This document shows positions 46,170 to 52,930 of a stretch of DNA of 52,930 nt, one piece after another; the stretch's first letter is position 1; every line of letters starts with the position of its first letter. A program made the translations under genes and the position numbers. The stretch is from Vicinamibacterales bacterium (lineage in GTDB: Bacteria; Acidobacteriota; Vicinamibacteria; Vicinamibacterales; 2-12-FULL-66-21). The notes below the pieces were generated by a model. The model worked only from the letters and a program-made list of their open reading frames with translations. It had not been told where the DNA came from and ran no database searches. The DNA is taken from the NCBI GenBank assembly GCA_040881785.1, contig JBBECO010000253.1:8968-61897 (forward strand), in the 5' to 3' direction.

Positions 46170-48045
46170 CTAATAGCGCAGCAAACGCAGGGCATTGCCG
46201 ACGACGAGGAGCGTACTGCCCTCGTGGACGAACACCGCTGGCCCGATCCCGACGACCCCCGTGGTCGTGGCGAGGATCAGCAATGCGATAACCGCCGTCG
46301 AAAGCCACAGATTCTGCCGGATGATGGCGCGTGCCTGCCGGGACAGGCCGATGGCGAAGGGGAGCCGGCCGAGATCGTCGGCCATGAGCGCGACGTCGGC
46401 TGTCTCGAGCGCCGCCGCCGTTCCGGCCCCACCCATCGCGATGCCGACTGTGGCCTGCGCCAGTGCGGGCGCGTCGTTCACACCGTCGCCCACCATCGCG
46501 ACGCTGCCGTGCTGTTGCAGCAGTTCCTTGATGGCCGTGACTTTGGCTTCCGGCAGCAATTCGGCGCGCACCGCATCCACCCCCACCTGCTGACCGATCG
46601 CCTCGCCAACGCTTCGATGATCGCCGGTCAGCATCACCACAGGAGCAACGCCCAGTCTGCGAATGCTTTCGAGAATCTGTCGTACGTCCTGCCGCGGCTG
46701 GTCGGCCATGCCGAGGACGCCAAGCCACTCGGGGCCACGACGCACGATCATCACGCTGCGGCCGGCATCCTGTAATCGCGTGACGGCACCTCGTACATCG
46801 GCCGAGAGCTCCACGCTGGCTTCCGCAAACAGGCGGAGATTGCCGATCTCGACCCGCTGCCCATCGACGGTGGCGCGGATCCCTCGTCCCGTAACGCTCT
46901 CGACGGAATCCGCCATCGACGAAGGCACCCCCTCCGCGTCTGCCTTCCGCACGACGGCTTGCGCCAATGGGTGCTGCGACTGCCGCTCAACGGCGGCGGA
47001 GACCCGGAGCAATTCTGCCGCAGTAATAGTCCCCGCAGGCATGATATCGGTCACCTCCGGCTGGCCGACGGTCAGCGTACCCGTCTTGTCCAGCGCGAGC
47101 GCACGAATGGTTCCCAGGTTTTCAAGATGGACGCCGCCTTTGACGAGTACGCCTCGCCGTGCGGCCCGAGCGATTGCTGCCAATACGGTTGCGGGAGTGC
47201 CCAGGGCGAGCGCGCACGGCGACGCGGCGACCAGCAATGCCATCGCGCGATAGAAGCTCGTGCTCCAGGTCCATAGCCCGAGCAAGGGCGGAAGGGTCAT
47301 CAGAGCGATATCTGCCACGAGCACCGTCGGCACGAAGACTCGTTCGAATCGCTCGGTAAACAGCTGCGTCGGCGCCTTGGCGGTCTGCGCCTCTTCTACG
47401 AGCTTCATCACGCGATCCAGGGTGCGATCGCCGACGGCACGGGTTGTCACGATGGTGAGCACGCCTTCGCCGTTGATGGTGCCCGCGTAGACCTCGTCAC
47501 CTGCGACCTTGTCCACCGGCACGGATTCTCCGGTAATCGGCGCCTGATTGACTGTGGATTGCCCCGTTTGCACCTGACCATCAACGGGGATACGGTCAGC
47601 GGGTCGCACGAGCACAACGTCACCCGCCTTGACGTCTTCGACCAAGACTTCCACGACATTCCCGCCGCGCTGCACGCGCGCGATCGGCGGCGCGAGATCG
47701 GCCAACGCCCGGATCGATGCGCGTGCCCTGCCGAGCGCATAGTGCTCGAGCGAGTGGGCCAGGGAGAACAAGAACAAAAGGAAGGCGCAACGGGACGACG
47801 TAATGGCCGACCCGTGCGTGGATGTCGGCGCCGGCGGACTCCGCGAGCTGCCTGACGTCTTCACCGGTGGTCAACGCCGGGTCGTAGTGCACGCACAGCT
47901 CAGCCCGGCCGTTCCGACCACGCACGTGTGTTCGCAGGACGCCGCGTCGAGGCGTGAACACGGCCTGCAGACGCGCCACACAGGCGTCACGTAGATCCGG
48001 CACATTAGGCAGCAGGAGGGGAAGGTCGATACGCAGTCTTTGCAT
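46170..48045 (-). pseudogene. P1B-4-type heavy-metal ATPase with internal deletion and frameshift
   Basis: C-terminal frame has TGES, SPC, DKTGTLT, HP, GDGVNDAP and HEGST; the N-terminal frame from ATG 48045 (LPLLLP...DAC...LCVHYDP) joins out of frame near 47786; the first TM helices are missing. Confidence 0.8.
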
Positions 48046-48395
48046 TGGCGTCCTGAACCGAGTCTAGCGGCTCCGCGTCTGTAGTGGCCCAAACCGCTCG
48101 TCAGAGGCGAGGTCGGCGGCATGCCCGCGCATCACTTGCACGCACTGGAGTACCCCACGTCGGTCTTCGCAGTTGGGAAGGTGCAGTTCGGGTACGTTCG
48201 TCACCTGAGGGCGACGAAGGGATTGCTGCCGGGGATCGGAGGCATGTTCGCGGTGAGCCTCCTGTCCCCTGAGTTGGCACCGCGATACTCGGGTCGCGCC
48301 GCCCCAAGCTTCGGCGTCTTCTTCAGCCTGCAGGCTGCGAGACACCAAATGTAAGGCCGTCGGAATGGTTGAACTCGCGGTACGATTGGCATCGC

Positions 48396-48716
48396 ATGGC
48401 CTTCGGATTCTTCGTCGCCGCGGCATTCTTCGAGATCGCGGGCTGCTTCGCTTTCTGGAGCTACTTCCGGCTCGGGCGGCCTGCCTGGACCCTCGGGGTG
48501 GGCGTCGTGTCCTTGGTTCTGTTCGCATACGCCCTTACGCGGGTTGACGCGGCCTTTGCGGGTCGAGCATACGCGGCGTATGGAGGCATCTACATCGCCG
48601 CCTCACTCGTCTGGCTGCGGGCGGTCGAAGGTGTCCGGCCAGACCGATGGGACCTGACTGGCGCGACGATCGCCGTTGTGGGCGCGCTGGTGATCATCTT
48701 CGGTCGCCGCGGATAG
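48396..48716 (+). CDS. ynfA: YnfA family SMR-like membrane protein
   Basis: [31 protein letters not shown]. Confidence 0.92.
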   Translation: MAFGFFVAAAFFEIAGCFAFWSYFRLGRPAWTLGVGVVSLVLFAYALTRVDAAFAGRAYAAYGGIYIAASLVWLRAVEGVRPDRWDLTGATIAVVGALVIIFGRRG

Positions 48717-48816
48717 AACTCAGAATGACGCCCCCGTTGGAATCAACACGGCAATCGCCGCAGCCGTCGGAGTCTCCTCCGAGGTCCGCATGGAGCCATG
48801 AAGGCTCAGAGCTCTT

Positions 48817-48846
48817 TTGACGTTTTTCCCGCTCGTCCCATAGACT
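48817..48846 (+). promoter_or_regulatory. Putative sigma-70 promoter
   Basis: TTGACG-N18-TAGACT, 7 nt upstream of GTG 48854. Confidence 0.5.
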
Positions 48847-48965
48847 CAGATCCGTGCACCGTATCCTCGCCTTGCTGCTCACCCCGGCGGCGATTGCCGC
48901 CGATCTGGGCGTGTCGCTGGTCGTCATGCCAGCGCGCTGCATCTGCTGAGAGTGGGAGCCTGAGC

Positions 48966-49070
48966 ATGCGGCGTCCCGAGTTCAGCGACCTCCTGCTGTT
49001 TCTTCTGCTGCTGGTCATCGCGTTGTTTCTCACATTCGAGCTGTGGGCGCCGCACGCGTGGCCGCATTAG
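48966..49070 (+). CDS. Putative 34-aa single-TM small protein
   Basis: GGGAG SD; MRRPEFSDLLLFLLLLVIALFLTFELWAPHAWPH. Confidence 0.4.
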   Translation: MRRPEFSDLLLFLLLLVIALFLTFELWAPHAWPH

Positions 49071-49549
49071 CGGACGGCCACCGGAACGTTTTCTTCGATC
49101 CGGGAGGGCACCGTCGATCCTGTCTCGATCGCGTCCAACGCGATGACCCAGTGATAGGTACCGCGATCAGCTGTGGCGAGGCCGTTCACACTGACATTGA
49201 TTGGCCGACCTCCCGGAGACACCGTCTGTCCGATTTCCTTCATCGAGCGTTCCGCGGCTCCCGCGAAGAACGGCACCCGCATCAGGCCGAGATAGCTGGT
49301 TTCGCGCTTCGAGGCGTGCAGCGCAAGATGCACGGTCGCCGCAGTGCTAGCGCTCAGGTCACAAGAGGGCTGCTGTTCGTCTGAGGAACACACCAGCCGC
49401 TCGTCCCCGAAATCGCCACCGGATCGAATCTCCCACGAAATGTGTGGTCGGTTCTCCTCGGTCGCGGCGTGCTGCATCCCATGCGCGCATCCCGTCGCAA
49501 CGGCACAGACCAGGACAATCGGTGAGAGACGCGGCCCACGCATGTGCAT
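49067..49549 (-). CDS. Hypothetical lipoprotein
   Basis: AGAGGA SD; hydrophobic leader with ATGC lipobox; beta-rich body with a Cys pair. Confidence 0.6.
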   Translation of the reverse strand: MHMRGPRLSPIVLVCAVATGCAHGMQHAATEENRPHISWEIRSGGDFGDERLVCSSDEQQPSCDLSASTAATVHLALHASKRETSYLGLMRVPFFAGAAERSMKEIGQTVSPGGRPINVSVNGLATADRGTYHWVIALDAIETGSTVPSRIEENVPVAVR

Positions 49550-49847
49550 CCTCTATCGCCTTTCAGCGAAAAACTCGAATCTGTAGGACCCCTGTCAGCA
49601 GCAGCGCTGCCGGCAACGGTCAGCGTCAGGATCGGAAGAGTCGTCCTTCTCGCGAGCGGAGAATAGGATAGACGGTATCCGATAGATTCTGCGGAGGAGG
49701 CAGGTTTCCGAAGCCCCGGATCCGTCGAGTGATTGGGGTCCTAGAGGACCAGTAGAGCGCAGCCCCGTCATAGCTCAGCCGTGCCATGATCTCGCCTCAG
49801 AAACAGCGAGCCTCTGCGGACCTCACTACCGTCCAACCGCGGCGGGC

Positions 49848-51233
49848 CTACCGGCGGATCGCCTGCAGGATGCCCTCTTCCTTCATCAGCGCTTCGATCT
49901 CCGCGACCGTCCGCGGCGCGCCCGCCGACAGGACCTCACGCCCTGATGCGGTGATCGCGACGGTGTCCTCAATGCGGATGCCGATGTGCTCGTCGATCCG
50001 AAAGAGCTGAATGTCGCAGGCGAAGACAAAGCCGGGCTGCAGCACTTCGTCGGGTCCGGCAAACGTGCCCATGACGTCGTGCGTCGCCAGGCCGATCGAG
50101 TGGTTGTAGCCGCCGTAGCGGATGATGCTGGCAAAGTCGCTCGCAAACCGCTCGAGCCCGTTCGCCTTGAGCGCCTCTTCCATTCTCTGGCCCACCTGGC
50201 GCAGGGTGATGCCGGGCCGGTAGTGATCAATGGCCGCGTTGCGTACGACGAGCGCGGCCTCATACAGCTCACGCTGTCTCGCCGAGAACCTCCCCGACAC
50301 GGGGAACGTGGTGGAGATATCCACGTGATAGTTGCCGACGTCTGGTCCCGCGTCGAGGATCACGAAGTCGCCGTCGGCCAGCACGCGGTCGTACGCGTGG
50401 TAGTGGCCGTACGCGTGGTTCTTCCCCGACATGATGATCGTGTAGTAGGCCAGCCCGCGGCTGCCGCCAAGCGCCGAGACGAAGTCGAACACGGCCGCCA
50501 GCGACCGCTCGGCGACGCCAGGCTGAGTCGACCGGATCAAGGCCTTGTGGGCCTCGACGCCGAGTTGTGCCGCCTCGCGCATGATCGCCAGCTCGGCCGG
50601 CGACTTGTACTTGCGCAGGTTCCAGACGAGCGGCGAACTGTCGCGAACGTCGGCCTGAGGAAACCGCTCGCGCAGCAGCTTCACGAACTGCAGTTCCCGC
50701 GTGAGTCGTCCGTCCCACACGTTCATGGTCATCGATCGCTGCAGCGCGTTGAACTTTTCGTTGCTGCTTTCAGGACCGATCTCTTCGGGCCTGAACAGGG
50801 TGTAGATCGGCGTGTTCCGGCGAACCAGGCCGGCGAGATACCCGTGGAACCCCTCGGCCGGCATGACGCGCTCGATGCCGGTGGCAGTGGTTGGCGCACG
50901 GACCAGGTCCACGGGAAGACCAAGACCATCGGCGGTCTTCTCGTCCATCGTGAAGAAGAGCACGCTTTCCTTCCGCATGCCATCGACGACCAGGACGGCG
51001 TCTGGCATCTCAACGCCGGTCATGTAGAAGAAGTCGTGCCCCTGCCGGAACGCGACGTCACTGGCCGGCGTCGTCGCCCCCAGAAAGATCGCGACGCCGT
51101 TGCCGATGCCGCCCATCAACCGGCTGCGCCGCGCCGCGTACTCCGCCGTATCGAGTGCGCGTGCCGCGGGCCCCGCGGCGATCAGCGACACGGCCACACA
51201 CACGAATGCCACCGCCAGAAGATGTCGTCTCAT
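49848..51233 (-). CDS. Xaa-Pro aminopeptidase family (M24B), secreted
   Basis: Signal peptide; FFYMTG, KSPAEL, ILDAG...Y.VDISTTFP, HSIGL..HDV, GIRIED. Confidence 0.88.
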   Translation of the reverse strand: MRRHLLAVAFVCVAVSLIAAGPAARALDTAEYAARRSRLMGGIGNGVAIFLGATTPASDVAFRQGHDFFYMTGVEMPDAVLVVDGMRKESVLFFTMDEKTADGLGLPVDLVRAPTTATGIERVMPAEGFHGYLAGLVRRNTPIYTLFRPEEIGPESSNEKFNALQRSMTMNVWDGRLTRELQFVKLLRERFPQADVRDSSPLVWNLRKYKSPAELAIMREAAQLGVEAHKALIRSTQPGVAERSLAAVFDFVSALGGSRGLAYYTIIMSGKNHAYGHYHAYDRVLADGDFVILDAGPDVGNYHVDISTTFPVSGRFSARQRELYEAALVVRNAAIDHYRPGITLRQVGQRMEEALKANGLERFASDFASIIRYGGYNHSIGLATHDVMGTFAGPDEVLQPGFVFACDIQLFRIDEHIGIRIEDTVAITASGREVLSAGAPRTVAEIEALMKEEGILQAIRR

Positions 51234-51294
51234 CGCAGCTCTCCCCCTTGCGGCGCATCATACGCGGGACGCCCCTCCGGCGTATCATGCCGCC

Positions 51295-52930
51295 ATGCGA
51301 ACGAAGGCTCTCGTCCTCCTGATGGTGCTTCTGGGGAGCCTCCCCCTGGCAGCCGATACGTACCCGCGTCAGCCGCTCGATGTGGAGCACTACCGCTTCG
51401 CCCTGACGCTCTCCGACACGACCGACCGCGTCTCAGGCGAGGCAACCGTGCGCGTGCGCATGCTGGCGGCGGGCGTGCGGGCAGTGACGCTGGACCTGGC
51501 AGGCGCGACGTCTGCGCGCGCCGGTCGCGGCATGACCGTCGAGCGCGTGACCGCCGACGGCGCATCAGCGACCTTCACGCACACCGCCGACCGCCTGACC
51601 ATCACCCTGCCGGCGCCGTCGCACGATCGGCAGCGAATCGCGCTCGTCATTCGTTATGCCGGCATTCCGGCCGATGGGCTGCAGATCAAGCCGAACCGGC
51701 ACGGCGACCGCACATTCTTCAGCGACAACTGGCCCGACAAGGCCCGCCAATGGCTGCCGACCATCGACCACATCTCCGACAAGGCGACGATGGAGATGGT
51801 GGTGGATGCGCCGGCGCACTATCAGGTGGTGTCCAACGGCCGACAGGTCGAGAAGACGGATCTGCCGGACGGCATGCGGCGGACGGTGTGGCACGAGTCC
51901 GTGCCAATTTCGCCGTGGCTCTACGCCCTGGGTGTGGCGCGGTTTGCGGTGCAGCATGTCGGCGACTACAACGGCGTGCCGATCGAGACGTGGGTCTTCG
52001 CGCAGGATCGCGACGCCGGGTTCCACGACTTCGCGGAGCCGACTCGCCAGGCGTTGGCCTTCTACAGCGAGCACGTGGGCCCCTACTCGTACGAGAAACT
52101 GGCCAACGTCCAGTCGAACTCGGTCAGCGGCGGGATGGAAGCCGCGTCGGTCCTCTTCTACGCCCCGGGCAGCGTCGTCGGCGACCGGAACACCCGGTGG
52201 CGGAACGTGGTCATCCACGAGATCGCTCATCAGTGGTTCGGCAACGCCGTCACCGAGCACGACTGGGATGATGTGTGGTTGAGCGAAGGGTTCGCGACGT
52301 ACTTCACGCAGCTCTTCATCGAACACGCCTACGGCCGCGACGAGTTCGTCGAGAACATGCGTCGCTCGCGACAAACGATTCTCGACTTCTATGCCAAGAC
52401 ACCGGACTACCGCATCGTCCACGACAACCTTGATGACATGTCTCGGGTCACCACGGGCATGACCTATCAGAAGGGCGCGTGGGTGCTGCACATGCTGCGG
52501 CAGCGGATGGGCGACGAGCGATTCTGGGCCGGTATCCGTACCTACTATCAGCGGTACAAAGACGCCAGTGCCTCGACGGCCGACTTCCGCGAGGTGATGG
52601 AGCAAACGTCAGGCGAGTCGCTGACGGCGTTCTTCGACCAGTGGCTCTATCGCGGCGGCATCCCGCGGCTGTCGGTCACCTGGGCCTGGGATTCCACCGC
52701 GCGCACCGTGACGGTCGACGTGACACAGGTGCAGCCCGGTGTCCCTTTCCTGCTGACCCTTGATCTGGGTGTGCGGACGGCCAGAGGAGCGACACGCATC
52801 GAGCGCATCGACATGACAGGGCCGTCGGCCACCGCGACGTTCAAGGCAGAGCAGGAGCCGGCCGCCATTGTCGTGGACCCGAACGTACGCCTGCTTGGTG
52901 GGGCTGAGTCGACAGCCCGCCGCAGCGTGT
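51295..52930 (+). CDS. M1 family aminopeptidase, secreted (runs off the window end)
   Basis: Absent from the ORF track because it has no stop. Reads MRTKALVLLMVLLGSLPLAADTYPRQ..., GGMEA, HEIAHQWFGN-(x)-WLSEGFATY, YQKGAWVLHMLR. Confidence 0.92.
   Translation, partial: MRTKALVLLMVLLGSLPLAADTYPRQPLDVEHYRFALTLSDTTDRVSGEATVRVRMLAAGVRAVTLDLAGATSARAGRGMTVERVTADGASATFTHTADRLTITLPAPSHDRQRIALVIRYAGIPADGLQIKPNRHGDRTFFSDNWPDKARQWLPTIDHISDKATMEMVVDAPAHYQVVSNGRQVEKTDLPDGMRRTVWHESVPISPWLYALGVARFAVQHVGDYNGVPIETWVFAQDRDAGFHDFAEPTRQALAFYSEHVGPYSYEKLANVQSNSVSGGMEAASVLFYAPGSVVGDRNTRWRNVVIHEIAHQWFGNAVTEHDWDDVWLSEGFATYFTQLFIEHAYGRDEFVENMRRSRQTILDFYAKTPDYRIVHDNLDDMSRVTTGMTYQKGAWVLHMLRQRMGDERFWAGIRTYYQRYKDASASTADFREVMEQTSGESLTAFFDQWLYRGGIPRLSVTWAWDSTARTVTVDVTQVQPGVPFLLTLDLGVRTARGATRIERIDMTGPSATATFKAEQEPAAIVVDPNVRLLGGAESTARRSV

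Noticed and set aside
47770-47800. Programmed frameshift in the P1B ATPase
   Set aside because: No clear slippery heptamer, and restoring the frame would still leave the first TM helices missing; deletion explains it better.
48064-48360. Small ORFs between the ATPase and ynfA
   Set aside because: No frame gives a recognisable protein or convincing start signals; probably decayed sequence.
49560-49845. Integrase remnant, att site or ncRNA at the right edge of the metal region
   Set aside because: No recombinase motifs, tRNA fragment or match to the left boundary was found by eye.

Overview
High-GC bacterial chromosomal window, most likely Acidobacteriota and plausibly class Vicinamibacteria (inferred from the tandem Acidobacterial-type VWA proteins, the split Fo operon with an N-terminally extended subunit c, and the gene complement). 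About 1-33 kb is mostly housekeeping: two glycosyltransferases with a TolC-family gene, an S9 peptidase, pyrE-truA-uppS-cdsA-dxr-rseP, MATE, ispG, a ccsA-hemA-hemC-cobA/hemD-hemB...hemL tetrapyrrole cluster, atpZ-atpI-atpB-atpE and an EamA transporter. Its intergenic spaces hold at least five families of palindromic repeats, and one REP unit lies in frame inside hemC. From about 33 kb to 49.8 kb there is an accessory zone with two parts. (i) A ~6.3 kb cassette is bracketed by a diverged direct duplication of the last 40 codons of the EamA gene plus the adjoining repeat arm. It carries gene debris (hicAB, a truncated exported protein) and a five-gene operon: a beta-decarboxylating dehydrogenase with an NADP-type motif, an HMG-CoA-lyase-like enzyme, a family III CoA-transferase and a LeuC/LeuD-like hydro-lyase, with no LeuA/CimA/homocitrate synthase. 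This operon is the best candidate for an undescribed pathway. (ii) A heavy-metal region holds czcCBA plus a PII-like gene, preceded by a DUF2946/CruR-like leader ORF ending in RPP, then a deleted P1B-4 ATPase, ynfA and small ORFs. The window ends with divergent M24 and M1 aminopeptidases. No tRNA, rRNA, CRISPR array, integrase or transposase was seen. All calls are by eye from motifs; no database search was run.
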